A stretch of DNA of 64,000 nucleotides from an uncultured delta proteobacterium (lineage in GTDB: Bacteria; Myxococcota; Myxococcia; Myxococcales; 40CM-4-68-19), in assembly GCA_903911145.1 (NCBI GenBank), contig CAIWCD010000013.1, positions 248,001-312,000 of the forward strand. Reading direction: 5' to 3'. Of the stretch, positions 9,325 through 20,791 are shown piece by piece (position 1 is the stretch's first letter; every line of letters begins with the position of its first letter). The position numbers and the translations under genes are program-made. Under the pieces are notes generated by a model, which was not told the origin of the DNA, did not search any database, and saw only the letters and a program-made list of their open reading frames with translations.

Positions 9325-9717
9325 ATGGAGACTGCAGTCGAGACGAACAGCGCGAAGCCCCTTGCCACGAGCGACGAACCCGGCCCGATGGTCGTCCTGA
9401 CCGCCAAGGCATCGGCGATGGTCAAGGAGACGATGGAACGCGAAGGAAACAAGTTCGCCGGGCTGCGCATCGCGGTGGTCGGCGGCGGCTGCAGCGGCTT
9501 CCAGTACAGCCTCGACCTCGACGAAGAGGGCGCCAAGGATGGCGACACCTCGTTCGTGTCGAGCGGCATCACCTGCTTTGTCGACCCGATGTCCTCGATG
9601 TACCTGATGGGCGTCGAGGTCGACTACGTCGAGACGCAGTTCGGTCAGGCCGGCTTCTCGTTCAAGAATCCGCAGGCCAAGTCGACCTGCGGCTGCGGCT
9701 CGAGCTTCAGCGCGTAG
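9325..9717 (+). CDS. HesB/IscA/ErpA A-type Fe-S carrier
   Basis: LRIAVVGGGCSGFQY, VDPMS, NPQAKSTCGCGSSF; AAGGAG SD. Confidence 0.93.
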   Translation: METAVETNSAKPLATSDEPGPMVVLTAKASAMVKETMEREGNKFAGLRIAVVGGGCSGFQYSLDLDEEGAKDGDTSFVSSGITCFVDPMSSMYLMGVEVDYVETQFGQAGFSFKNPQAKSTCGCGSSFSA

Positions 9718-9767
9718 TCCGGCGCGGTCTCGAGAGAGATCGCAGATGCTTTGAGTGCAACACAATC

Positions 9768-9803
9768 GAACGGGCGCCCGCGATGGATGCGGAGCGCCCG
9801 TTC
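9768..9803. terminator. Hairpin between convergent genes
   Basis: GAACGGGCGC-CCGC ... GCGG-A-GCGCCCGTTC stem. Confidence 0.6.
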
Positions 9804-9843
9804 TGCTTCGTACAGCTCGAGCTGCTCCCACTCGCCTTGCTGG

Positions 9844-10236
9844 CTACTGCGCGGCCTTGTCGCGACGCTCCTCGCGCTTGTCCTCGCGCTTCTGCTTGCG
9901 ATCCTCACGGCGCTCGGCCTTGTCCTCATGCAGCGCCTTCTTATCCGCGTGGATCGCCTCCCGATCGGCCTTGAGCTTCGCCTTGTCGGCGTCGACCTGC
10001 GCATCGTTGCCGACGGCCTCGTCCTTCTTGAGCTCCTGGTGATCCGCGCGGCGCTCGGCTCGGTCCTCACGCAGCTGCTTGCGTTCGGCCTTCACTTCCT
10101 TCGTGTCGGCGTGATCCTTCGCGCGGTCGGCCTGGACCTTCGCCTTGTCGGCCTGGACCTGCGCGTCGTCGGCGCGCGCGCCGTGGCTGGCGATGAGCGA
10201 TGCAGCGAGAATTGCAGCGGAGAGGAAGCGGGTCAT
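9844..10236 (-). CDS. Secreted, highly charged heptad-repeat protein
   Basis: Signal peptide MTRFLSAAILAASLIASHGARA, then QVQADKA/KVQADRA/EVKAERK/QLREDRA repeats; AGGAG SD. Confidence 0.75.
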   Translation of the reverse strand: MTRFLSAAILAASLIASHGARADDAQVQADKAKVQADRAKDHADTKEVKAERKQLREDRAERRADHQELKKDEAVGNDAQVDADKAKLKADREAIHADKKALHEDKAERREDRKQKREDKREERRDKAAQ

Positions 10237-10313
10237 GGGCATCTCCTGAAAGTGAATGAAGGGTGGATTCCCCTCGGGCTGCTGCAGTGAACCGGCAGCA
10301 CGCAAATGGATAA

Positions 10314-10329
10314 AGCATCGGGCGTGCCG
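10314..10329 (-). promoter_or_regulatory. Putative sigma54 -24/-12 promoter for the heptad-repeat gene
   Basis: Minus strand CGGCACGCCCGATGCT = GG-N10-GC with GGCACG core. Confidence 0.55.
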
Positions 10330-10491
10330 CCACGCCGACGAGCGCCAACTGGGCGGAACGAGAGGCCGTCGATCGCACACCGCAGCCCACAGTCTGAGAG
10401 ACGCAGATCCCCGACGGGGAGTCGCGCCCCGGGAGCATTGCCGCGACGGGAGGGCCGCGCCCAGCCTGTGTGATCGCGCGCACAAACACGA

Positions 10492-10524
10492 AGGCCCGGA
10501 TGCTCTGCTGAGCAGTCCGGGCCT
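10492..10524 (-). terminator. groEL terminator hairpin
   Basis: AGGCCCGGA-TGCTC ... GAGCA-G-TCCGGGCCT about 40 nt after the groEL stop. Confidence 0.7.
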
Positions 10525-10562
10525 CGCGAAGTCAGTCAGGTGCCGCGAAACTGACCGGCGGG

Positions 10563-12318
<1,756 letters not shown>

Positions 12319-12345
12319 GTCGCGATCGTCCGCCACCAGCGCGGA

Positions 12346-13089
12346 TCAGGGGGTCTGGAACAGGTCCGCAGCGGCCTTCGCGACGCTGTCGTCGAGTTCT
12401 TCGAGCGTCCCGCCACTGCCGATGGCGGAGTTCAAGAGCGTCCCGCCGCGGGTGTCGTGCAGGCGCAGCGACACCTTGTAGCGCTTGCCCAGTTTCTGCA
12501 GCTCCCCGCTGATGATCGCGTCCGCGCCGATGCGACGGCCGGTGTCGACCTCGCACTCCCCTTCGCACTCATCGAGCTTCTTCCCGCTCGCGCCGAGCAG
12601 AACGAGCAGGTTCTCCCGCGTCATCACCTCCACGCCGGGAGCGTTGCGCAGAGCGCTCTGCCGGATCACGTCGGTGAAGTACTGCACGTTCTCGTGCGTG
12701 AGTTCGCTCGCGAAGTTGCGCAGATCGAGAACTGCCAGCTTCCCGTGCAGCGACACCCCCGCGCGCGTGTTTGCCGGAGCTGTCACTGGCGCCACGAGCG
12801 GAGCAGGCGGGGCCGCTGGCGCGGTTGGCGTGGAGGGCGAGGCCTCGGCCTGAGATGAACTGGTCACTGCGTCCTTCGCCGCGATCGCCCCTTTCACTGC
12901 GAGAGAGAAGATGTGACCCAACCCGCCGTTCTCATCGGACCCGGCTGTCTCTGCGGGGCGTTCAGGAGAAGGATCCGGCTCGGGAGTCCGATGCTTGCAC
13001 CCGCCCACGACCACGACCAGCGCGAGGCAGCCCAGCACACGCCCGTTCAGAGGAGAACGGCTGGCAATGAATCCCCGCGATCGTTCCAT
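12346..13089 (-). CDS. Putative lipoprotein with CsgG/TolB-N-like (DUF2380-like) alpha/beta domain
   Basis: LALVVVVGGC lipobox-like; Pro/Ala linker; LAVLDL...ECEGECEVDTGRRIGADAIISGEL...VSLRLHD. Confidence 0.6.
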   Translation of the reverse strand: MERSRGFIASRSPLNGRVLGCLALVVVVGGCKHRTPEPDPSPERPAETAGSDENGGLGHIFSLAVKGAIAAKDAVTSSSQAEASPSTPTAPAAPPAPLVAPVTAPANTRAGVSLHGKLAVLDLRNFASELTHENVQYFTDVIRQSALRNAPGVEVMTRENLLVLLGASGKKLDECEGECEVDTGRRIGADAIISGELQKLGKRYKVSLRLHDTRGGTLLNSAIGSGGTLEELDDSVAKAAADLFQTP

Positions 13090-13155
13090 CAACACGCTCC
13101 GAGCCCTGCGAAGAACGAGACGGCTGCAGCATGAACATCAGCGGCCACGAGCAGG

Positions 13156-14547
13156 TCAAGGCAGCAAATCGTCGGCCGCGCGGGCGAGGTCGTCGAGCGA
13201 TTTCACCGAGAGCGTCCGGTGGCAGTGGCGCGCGTAGAGCGGCATCTCGCTGTCGCCGAACCCCCAGGCGCCGCGATCTTCCGGGCAGAGCCAGAGCACG
13301 CGCCGCGCTCGCCGCTTGAGCTCGTCGAGCACCCAGGCGTTGGGAGGGTTGTAGTTGCAGCGGCCGTCGCCGATGACGAGCACCGTCGTGCGGCGGTTGA
13401 TCGACCCGAACTGCTCGCGGTGGAACTGCTCGAGCGCGCGCCCGTAGTTTGAGTTGGCGGCGAGATTGATCACGCGGCCAGCCATCGCCAGATCGACCGC
13501 GGCCGCGACGTCGCTGCTCTTGAAGAGCTGCGTCACCTCTCCGATCTCGCTGACGAAGACGAACGAGCGCACGCGCGCGTAGTGGGACTGCAGCGTGTGG
13601 ACGAACTGCAGCATCATGCGGGAGACGGTGCGGACCGAATCGGAGACATCGCAGAGCACGACGATCTCGGGGCGCTCCCTGCGGCGCGTTCGGAAGATCA
13701 GCTGCGCAGGCAATCCGCCGAGCGCGAGATTCTTGCGCAGCGTGCGTCGCACGGAGAGTGCGCCTTTGCGCCGCGCGCGCCGCCTGCGCGAGAGACGCTC
13801 CTTGAGACGCTCGGCGAGCCGCTTCACTGCCTCGCGCATCCGCTCGACCTCGTGTGGAGTGAGCGACGCGAGCGCACGCTGCGAGAGTCCACTCTCTCCG
13901 CGCGCCGCCGGATCGCGCAACCGCTGCTCGCGCTCCGCCACGCGCCGCGCCGCCTCTTCGAGCGCCTCCATCGTGCGCGCCGTTTCGCGCTGCACCACCG
14001 CGAGTTCGCCCGGCGGCACAGCGCGCGCACGCAGCGACTGAACAAACTGTCCAAGCTCCGCCTCGCTCTGCTGCGCACCCGCCGCGCCCATCACGCGGCG
14101 CGCGTAGAAGCCACGCTGGAGCGGGCTCTGCAGATTGCGGAAGTCGACGGCGAGCGAAGCCTCCTGCAGCAGGCGGGCGAGCGATTCCGAATTGCCTTCC
14201 AGCAATGCCTTCGTCAGCGGCGACAGTTCGGTCTGCGCGAGGAGTTGCGCGATCTCCTCCAGCGATTTCTCACTGAGCTTCTCGTTCTTGAGCCCCGCGA
14301 ACAGCGACGACGAGAGTCCATCGATGAGCGCCTTCTGTCCGGACCAGAAGAGCTCGAAGAGGCGATCGAAGAGAAGCGCATCGGAGGCTCGCTTGACCAT
14401 CGTCGAGCGCAGCGCCGCATGCACCAGCGGCTTCTCCTCGAGAGCGACCAACGACAGCGCAGAGATTGCGTCGGTACACTCAGCGGGAGACAGTCGCAGG
14501 CCGTTCTGCCGGAGCAACTGCGCGAACTCTTCGACACGCTTGAGCAT
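13156..14547 (-). CDS. CoxE-like VWA domain protein
   Basis: FAQLLRQNGL N-terminus; VRRTLRKN; MIDAS-like DVSDS; VIGDGRCN; WLCPE...WGFGDSEM. Confidence 0.88.
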   Translation of the reverse strand: MLKRVEEFAQLLRQNGLRLSPAECTDAISALSLVALEEKPLVHAALRSTMVKRASDALLFDRLFELFWSGQKALIDGLSSSLFAGLKNEKLSEKSLEEIAQLLAQTELSPLTKALLEGNSESLARLLQEASLAVDFRNLQSPLQRGFYARRVMGAAGAQQSEAELGQFVQSLRARAVPPGELAVVQRETARTMEALEEAARRVAEREQRLRDPAARGESGLSQRALASLTPHEVERMREAVKRLAERLKERLSRRRRARRKGALSVRRTLRKNLALGGLPAQLIFRTRRRERPEIVVLCDVSDSVRTVSRMMLQFVHTLQSHYARVRSFVFVSEIGEVTQLFKSSDVAAAVDLAMAGRVINLAANSNYGRALEQFHREQFGSINRRTTVLVIGDGRCNYNPPNAWVLDELKRRARRVLWLCPEDRGAWGFGDSEMPLYARHCHRTLSVKSLDDLARAADDLLP

Positions 14548-14564
14548 CGCGGGCCTTCGCGCCC

Positions 14565-15986
14565 TCAGCGCGCGCGTTCGAAAAGCGCGACGGTCTCGAA
14601 GTGGGCCGTCTGCGGGAAGAGATCGATTGGACGAGCGCGCGCGAGTCGATACCCCGACTGCTCGAGGAGGCGGGCGTCGCGGGCGAGCGTCGGAGCGTCG
14701 CAACTGACGTAGACGATGCGTGGCGCGTGCAACGCGGTGGCGGCCCGGATCACCGCGGCGGCCCCCGTGCGCGGAGGATCGAGGAGCACCGCATCGAGCC
14801 GTCCGCGCTCGCTCTCGTGCAGCGATGCGGTCACCGTTGCGGCGTCGCCGGCGACCAACTGCAGGCGCGCTTGCGACCTTTCTGGGAGCGGTCCAGCGAG
14901 GTTCGCCTCCTCCGCTGACTTGCGTAGGAGGCCGAGAGATGGGCCCGCGCTCTCGACGCCGATCACGGCGTGCGCGCCGGCCGCGAGCAGAGGAAGCGTC
15001 AGCGTTCCCGCGCCGCAGAACAGTTCCAGCACGCGCCCGCGCACCGCCTCGCCGAAGAACTCGAGCACCACGGCTTGCAGAAGCGCGGTCGCGCCGCGAT
15101 TGGCCTGCGCGAAGAGATCGGGGCGCGCGCGGAGTCGAAACGGCGTGCCTTGAGAGACCTGCACCGGCGCATCGGCGAGGAGAGGCTCACCGAGAAGAGT
15201 TGGCGCGGACGACGGGCCGAGAGTGATCCCGCGCAAGCCTCGAACGCGCCGCAGAAGCTGCTCTGCACGTTGTCGCGCACGCGCGCTCGGCGCCGCTTCG
15301 CAGCGCAGATCGATCGCGCCGCGGCCGCGGTTGTCGACGAGCAGACCGAGATCGGTCACCTCTGCGATCGCAAGCTCGGCGAGCACCGGCCGCACCGCAT
15401 CAGCGAGCTCCTGCAGCGCCGGTTCAAAGAGCAGGCAGCGATCGACGGACACGATCGGCGACCGCGCACCCGGCGCGACTTCGTGGCCCGCGAACCCCCA
15501 CGAGCCATTTGCCGCCCGGTGCATGCGGGCACGCTTGCGATATCCGAACGCCTCCGGGCTCGCGACGATCGGCTCGACCAACCGCGCTGCGTCCGCGATG
15601 CCTCCGATTCGCGCGAGCGCATCCACCGCGAGCGCCTGCTTGCCGGCCAGTTGCGCTTCAGACGTCACGTGCTGAAGCGGACAGCCTCCGCACCGCTCGA
15701 CATGCGGACAGGGAGGCTGCGTGCGCTGGGGGCCAGCGGCGAGGACTTTCAGCGTGCGGGCGCGGAGAAACTGCTTCGATGCACGCACGGCCGCGATCGC
15801 ATCGGAGCCACGCCCAGCCTCACTCTGCGAGCGCTCTTGAGTTTGCGGGAGGCGAGCAAGCACGCGATCGCCGGGAGCTGCACCACGCAGAAAGACGACC
15901 TGCCCGTCGAGGTGCGCGATCGATTCCCCACCGTGCGCCAACGACTCCGCGGTGAGCTCGACGTCGCGCCCGGACTGCTCGATCAC
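14565..15986 (-). CDS. rlmD: RlmD/RumA-family RNA m5U methyltransferase
   Basis: TRAM-like N-terminus (LAHGGE...APGD), CPHVERCGGC, FAQAN, ELFCGAG, LDPPRTG, YVSCD, DLFPQTAHFE; GTG start overlaps the PilZ stop. Confidence 0.85.
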   Translation of the reverse strand: MIEQSGRDVELTAESLAHGGESIAHLDGQVVFLRGAAPGDRVLARLPQTQERSQSEAGRGSDAIAAVRASKQFLRARTLKVLAAGPQRTQPPCPHVERCGGCPLQHVTSEAQLAGKQALAVDALARIGGIADAARLVEPIVASPEAFGYRKRARMHRAANGSWGFAGHEVAPGARSPIVSVDRCLLFEPALQELADAVRPVLAELAIAEVTDLGLLVDNRGRGAIDLRCEAAPSARARQRAEQLLRRVRGLRGITLGPSSAPTLLGEPLLADAPVQVSQGTPFRLRARPDLFAQANRGATALLQAVVLEFFGEAVRGRVLELFCGAGTLTLPLLAAGAHAVIGVESAGPSLGLLRKSAEEANLAGPLPERSQARLQLVAGDAATVTASLHESERGRLDAVLLDPPRTGAAAVIRAATALHAPRIVYVSCDAPTLARDARLLEQSGYRLARARPIDLFPQTAHFETVALFERAR

Positions 15987-16336
15987 GCGCTCGCCAGATC
16001 CTGCGTCAGGCGCTCGACCATCTTGGCAATGCGGGCCTGCGTCTCGATATCCGGAGAGAGGAACTGGATGCCGATCCCCGGCTCGTCGACGCCAGGACCC
16101 GCCGCGCGCGACCAGGCCACGCGCCCCTTGAGCTTGCACTCGGGCTGCCCCGGGAGCTGCAGAAGAACATCGACCGGCGTGTCCTGCGGGGCGACGGCAG
16201 GCGCGTTCACGAAGACGCCGCCGAGCGATAGATTGGTTCCCCAACCAGTAAACACGCCGACGGTCGACGTCACCGAAACCAGCACTTCGTGCTGCAGGCG
16301 CGGACTCGACCGCGTGTTCGGCCCTGGAGTGCTCAT
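15983..16336 (-). CDS. Stand-alone PilZ domain protein (Myxococcales TIGR02266-like)
   Basis: RSSPR (RxxxR) and NLSLGG (D/NxSxxG); GRVAWSR...GIGIQF. Confidence 0.88.
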   Translation of the reverse strand: MSTPGPNTRSSPRLQHEVLVSVTSTVGVFTGWGTNLSLGGVFVNAPAVAPQDTPVDVLLQLPGQPECKLKGRVAWSRAAGPGVDEPGIGIQFLSPDIETQARIAKMVERLTQDLASA

Positions 16337-16929
16337 GGCTTCCTCTTCTCTGCAGGCTTCTGTGCGGCGGCCACGATGGTGGGCGCCTTCTGTTGAACAG
16401 GAACGCGAGGCAGCGCGGGCCAACGCCCGGCGGCCGCGCGAAACTCATCCGCGAGACCGATCTGATCGGCCACCGCTTCGAGCAGTCGCTCCGACGTTTC
16501 GAGCGCGATCATCGCCTCGTCGAGATCGTAGTCTGGCGCCTCGCCGGTGTCGGCGTCGAGACCATCCTCGACCAGCGTACGCAGATAGCTGGTGAAGTCC
16601 GGGGGCAGGCTCATGTTGGCCGCGAGCCGCTCGAAGTTGTCGAGCAGGCGCAGGAACGACTCGAGCGAGCTGAGCTTGCGCTCGGCGGCGAGACCCGGCG
16701 GACGTGACATCCCCGGTCGGTAGGTCGGGTCCCAGTTCGGCTGGCTGTCGCGTGCCCACTGCGAATCAACCAGCGCGCGCGCCGCATGCAACGCAGCTGC
16801 GGAGGCGCGATTGACCGCGTCGTCACACGACGGAGGAGTCATCGCCAGCAGCGCGCGCGCGCCACCGAGCGCGGCGAACGAACGGCGAAGCCGGCTGACT
16901 GCATCTGCTCGACGGTCGGAGGTCGTCAT
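16333..16929 (-). CDS. HEPN-like domain protein (degenerate)
   Basis: AVNRASAAALHAARAL resembles the HEPN AxSRAYYAxFHA motif; C-terminal DEAMIALETSERLLEAV; ATGA overlap with PilZ. Confidence 0.55.
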   Translation of the reverse strand: MTTSDRRADAVSRLRRSFAALGGARALLAMTPPSCDDAVNRASAAALHAARALVDSQWARDSQPNWDPTYRPGMSRPPGLAAERKLSSLESFLRLLDNFERLAANMSLPPDFTSYLRTLVEDGLDADTGEAPDYDLDEAMIALETSERLLEAVADQIGLADEFRAAAGRWPALPRVPVQQKAPTIVAAAQKPAEKRKP

Positions 16930-16989
16930 GAACTCTCTACCCTCTCACAATCGTCGCCCGCCTGCTGCATGCAGAGGGCGCGCTCGAAG

Positions 16990-17646
16990 TCAGACAGCCA
17001 TCGTCTTGAGATTCGGCGAGACGCGATAGTTCGCCTCGGTCGCCGCGCGCACCTGCGCCTCGGTCACTCCCGGCGCGAGTTCCTGCAACTCCATCCCCGT
17101 GGGCGTCACCTCGAACAAACAGAGCTCGGTGATGATCGTCCGCACGCAGCCCTTGCCCGTCAGCGGCAGCCGGCACTCCTTGAGCACCTTGCTCGAGCCG
17201 TCCTTCGCGGTGTGCTCCATCGCGGCGATCACGCGGCGCGCGCCCGTCACCAGATCCATCGCGCCGCCCATGCCCTTGACCAACTTGCCCGGGATCATCC
17301 AGTTCGCGATGTCGCCCGTCTCGCTGACCTCCATCGCGCCGAGGATCGCCACGTCGATGTGGCCGCCGCGAATCATCGCGAAGGAGTCGGCGCTGGAGAA
17401 GAAGGCCGCGCCGTCGATGGTCGTCACCGTCTCCTTGCCCGCGTTGATCAGGTCCGCATCGATCTCCGACTCAGTCGGATAGGGCCCGATGCCGAGCAAC
17501 CCGTTCTCCGACTGCAGCACGACGTCGACGCCCTTGGGCAGGTGATTGGCGACCAGCGTGGGCACGCCGATCCCGAGGTTGACGTAGTTCCCATCGCGCA
17601 GTTCTTGAGCTGCGCGGGCGGCGATCTGATCACGAGTCAGCGGCAT
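16990..17646 (-). CDS. scoB: 3-oxoacid CoA-transferase subunit B
   Basis: [15 protein letters not shown] (catalytic Glu), [16 protein letters not shown]. Confidence 0.93.
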   Translation of the reverse strand: MPLTRDQIAARAAQELRDGNYVNLGIGVPTLVANHLPKGVDVVLQSENGLLGIGPYPTESEIDADLINAGKETVTTIDGAAFFSSADSFAMIRGGHIDVAILGAMEVSETGDIANWMIPGKLVKGMGGAMDLVTGARRVIAAMEHTAKDGSSKVLKECRLPLTGKGCVRTIITELCLFEVTPTGMELQELAPGVTEAQVRAATEANYRVSPNLKTMAV

Positions 17647-17698
17647 GGAAAGTCTCTCTGCGGAAAAATCGTTGGTGTACCAATATTCGGTATGCAAA

Positions 17699-18394
17699 CT
17701 AATTCGCGCGCAGCGTCCGCTTCTCGATCCACTTCGGCTCATTCGAGGCCTGGATGACGCGCTTGACGTAGATGCCCGGCACATGGACGAGGTCGGGATC
17801 GAGCTCGCCCGGCTTCACGATCTGCTCGGCTTCGACGATCGTCACACGCGCAGCGGTGCACATCATCGGAGAGAAGTTCCGCGCGGTCTTGCGGAAGACG
17901 AGGTTGCCCATCGTGTCGGCCTTCCAGGCGTGGACGATGGCGAAGTCGGCGGTCAGCCCGGTCTCGAAGATCATCTCGCGCCCGTTGAGGACGCGCGACT
18001 CCTTGCCCTTCGCGATCAGCGTGCCCGCGCCCGTCGGTGTAAAGAAGCCGCCGATGCCCGCGCCGCCTGCGCGGATGCGCTCGGCGAGCGTGCCCTGCGG
18101 GTTCAACTCGACCTCGATCTCGCCCGCGAGATACTGCCGCTCGAACTCCTTGTTCTCGCCGACGTAGCTCGCAATCACGCGCTTCACTTGCCGCGTCTTG
18201 AGCAGCACGCCGAGCCCGCGATCGTTGGTGCCGCAGTTGTTGCTCACCAGCGTGAGGTTCTTGACGCCCTTGGCAAGAATCGCCGCGATAAGCATGTCCG
18301 CGTTTCCGCAGAGTCCGAATCCACCGCTCATGATCATCGCGCCGTCCTGGATGTCGGCGACGGCGGCGGTTGCGCTCTCAAAGACCTTGTTCAT
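17699..18394 (-). CDS. scoA: 3-oxoacid CoA-transferase subunit A
   Basis: [40 protein letters not shown]. Confidence 0.93.
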   Translation of the reverse strand: MNKVFESATAAVADIQDGAMIMSGGFGLCGNADMLIAAILAKGVKNLTLVSNNCGTNDRGLGVLLKTRQVKRVIASYVGENKEFERQYLAGEIEVELNPQGTLAERIRAGGAGIGGFFTPTGAGTLIAKGKESRVLNGREMIFETGLTADFAIVHAWKADTMGNLVFRKTARNFSPMMCTAARVTIVEAEQIVKPGELDPDLVHVPGIYVKRVIQASNEPKWIEKRTLRAN

Positions 18395-18424
18395 GGGCTC
18401 TCCCGAAGATGTGTTGAGTGCAAA

Positions 18425-19660
18425 CTATTCGCGTGCGACCAGCATCGCGATGCCTTCGCCGCCGCCGATGCAGAGCGAAACGCCGCCCTTCTTCGCGCCC
18501 GCGTCCTTCATCGCGTAGAGCAGCGTGACGAGCAGCCGGCAGCCGCTCGCGCCGATCGGGTGGCCGAGCACCACCGCGCCGCCGCGCGTGTTCACCTTCT
18601 TCGCGTCGAGCCCCAGCAACTGGTTGTTGACCATCGCGACGACGGCGAAGGCCTCGTTGATCTCCCAGAGCTCGACGTCGCCTGCACTCCACGTAGCCCG
18701 CCCGAGCGCGCTCTTGATCGCATCGGCCGGCGCGATGGTGAACTCCACCGGTTCGCGCGCCGCGTGTCCGTACGAGACGATGCGCCCGAGGATCTGCTTG
18801 CCCTCGCGCTGCGCCCGCTCGGCGCTCATCAGCACCACCGCGGCCGCGCCGTCGTTGATGCTTGAGGCGTTCGCCGCCGTGATCGTTCCGTCCTTCTTGA
18901 ACGACGGCTTGAGCGCCGGGATCTTGTCGGGCCGCGCATTCTTCGGACCTTCATCCTCAGCCGCGAGAGTGGCGCCCGCGAAGAGATCCTTCGTCGGCAC
19001 GAGCCCCTTGGGGAACCCGCCCTTGCCCGGCAACGGCACGGGCGCAATCTCCGCCTTGAACGCGCCGTCGGTCTGCGCCTTCTGCGCGCGCCGCGTGCTC
19101 TCAAGCGCGTACTCGTCCTGGGCCGCGCGCGAGAACTGGTAGTCGGTCGCGCACTTCTCGCCGCACATCCCCATGTGCATGTCGTTGTACGGATCCCAAA
19201 GTCCGTCGTGGATCATCATGTCCTTGAACTCGGTGTTGCCCATGCGCGCGCCTGTGCGCAGTGCGCTCGAGAAGTAGGGCGCGTTCGACATCGACTCCAT
19301 CCCTCCCGCGACCGCGACGTCGAGTTCGCCGAGTGCGATCGCGCGCGCCGCCTCGATCACCGCTTCGAGACCCGAGCCGCAGACCTTGTTCACCGTCACG
19401 CACGGCACGCTCTTGGGCAGACCCGCGAACAGCGCGGCCTGGCGCGCAGGGGCCTGCCCGACGCCGCCTTGCAGCACCTCGCCCATGAAGACGGTGCCCA
19501 CCTGATCGGCCGCAACGCCCGCGCGCTCGAGAGCGGCAAGGATGGCGACCGAGCCGAGCCGGGGAGCGGAGACGCCTGCGAGCGCTCCCTGAAACGCGCC
19601 GATGGGCGTGCGTGCGGCGCCAACGATGACGACTTCCTGCTTCGAGACGTTGCTGGCCAT
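18425..19660 (-). CDS. Acetyl-CoA C-acetyltransferase (thiolase)
   Basis: RTPIG, NKVCGSG, GGMESMS, EINEAF, GHPIGASG, CIGGG. Confidence 0.95.
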   Translation of the reverse strand: MASNVSKQEVVIVGAARTPIGAFQGALAGVSAPRLGSVAILAALERAGVAADQVGTVFMGEVLQGGVGQAPARQAALFAGLPKSVPCVTVNKVCGSGLEAVIEAARAIALGELDVAVAGGMESMSNAPYFSSALRTGARMGNTEFKDMMIHDGLWDPYNDMHMGMCGEKCATDYQFSRAAQDEYALESTRRAQKAQTDGAFKAEIAPVPLPGKGGFPKGLVPTKDLFAGATLAAEDEGPKNARPDKIPALKPSFKKDGTITAANASSINDGAAAVVLMSAERAQREGKQILGRIVSYGHAAREPVEFTIAPADAIKSALGRATWSAGDVELWEINEAFAVVAMVNNQLLGLDAKKVNTRGGAVVLGHPIGASGCRLLVTLLYAMKDAGAKKGGVSLCIGGGEGIAMLVARE

Positions 19661-19773
19661 GTGGATGCCTCCGATGAAGTCGCGCGCTGTAGAGCGCAAG
19701 AGGCAGTCGGCGTCAAGGCACCGGCACGGCAGCGACGGCCCGCGAGCGACGTTTCGTGCTACAGGCGCGACCC

Positions 19774-20730
19774 ATGAGCTATGCGGGCGACCTGACAGTG
19801 AGCGAGTTCGAGGCGCTGCTCGACCAGCGCGGCGGCCCTGCCGTCATCGTGCACGGAGGGGCCGGAACCCCTGCGGACGCCGCTCCCGAAAGATATCTCG
19901 AGGGCGTGCGGCGCGCGGCAGAGGCGGGCCTTCGCGTGCTCGTCGAGGGAGGCAGCGCACTCGATGCGGCGCAGGCCGCGGCGGTTCATCTCGAGGACGA
20001 CCCGACCTTCAACGCGGGCACGGGCGCAGCGCTCACCTCCGATGGCGAGGCCGAACTCGATGCCTCCTGCATGGACGGCGCGACGCTGCTCGCCGGCGCC
20101 GTCGCGTGCGTCAAGACCATCAAGAATCCGATCCTCGCCGCGCGGCGCGTCTGCGATGACACGCCGCACATCCTGATGGTGGGGCCCGGCGCCGAGGCCT
20201 TCGCGCGCGAGTGTGGAATTCCGACGTACGCGAACGAACTGCTCATCACTCCGCAGCAGCGAGCACGCTGGGAGGAGCTGCACAAGCAGGCCGCCCTCGA
20301 GGGAGCGGACGCCGTGCGACGCAAGCTGGGGACCATCGGGGCCTGCGCGGTCGATGGGCGCGCGCACGTTGCTGCCTGCACCTCGACCGGGGGCACCGTC
20401 TACAAGCGGCCAGGGCGCGTCGGCGACACGCCGATCATCGGCGCCGGCACGTTCGCGGATGATCACGAAGCGGCGGCAAGTTCGACGGGCGTGGGCGAGG
20501 CGATCATGAAGGTCTCGATGGCGCGCGCGGCGTGCGTGCGCGTGCGCGAAGGCCACTCACCGCGCGAGGCCGCCGTGGATGCGGTCGGGCTGCTGCGTGA
20601 GCGGGCGCAGGGGGACGGGGGGGTTATCGTCGCCGGTCCCGATGGCCGCCTCGGATGGGCCTACAACACGCCGCGCATGGCGCGAGCCATTATCCGCGCA
20701 GGCTGGCCGAGAGCGCTGGCCGCGGTCTAG
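19774..20730 (+). CDS. Isoaspartyl peptidase/L-asparaginase (Ntn hydrolase)
   Basis: VHGGAG, LEDDPTFNAG, ELDASCMDG, GTIGA (nucleophile Thr), TSTGG, GRVGDTPIIGAG. Confidence 0.92.
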   Translation: MSYAGDLTVSEFEALLDQRGGPAVIVHGGAGTPADAAPERYLEGVRRAAEAGLRVLVEGGSALDAAQAAAVHLEDDPTFNAGTGAALTSDGEAELDASCMDGATLLAGAVACVKTIKNPILAARRVCDDTPHILMVGPGAEAFARECGIPTYANELLITPQQRARWEELHKQAALEGADAVRRKLGTIGACAVDGRAHVAACTSTGGTVYKRPGRVGDTPIIGAGTFADDHEAAASSTGVGEAIMKVSMARAACVRVREGHSPREAAVDAVGLLRERAQGDGGVIVAGPDGRLGWAYNTPRMARAIIRAGWPRALAAV

Positions 20731-20791
20731 CGCGAACTGAATCTTCGTTCATCTCGTGAATTCAGATTCAGAGAGAGGATCGGAAACGGCG

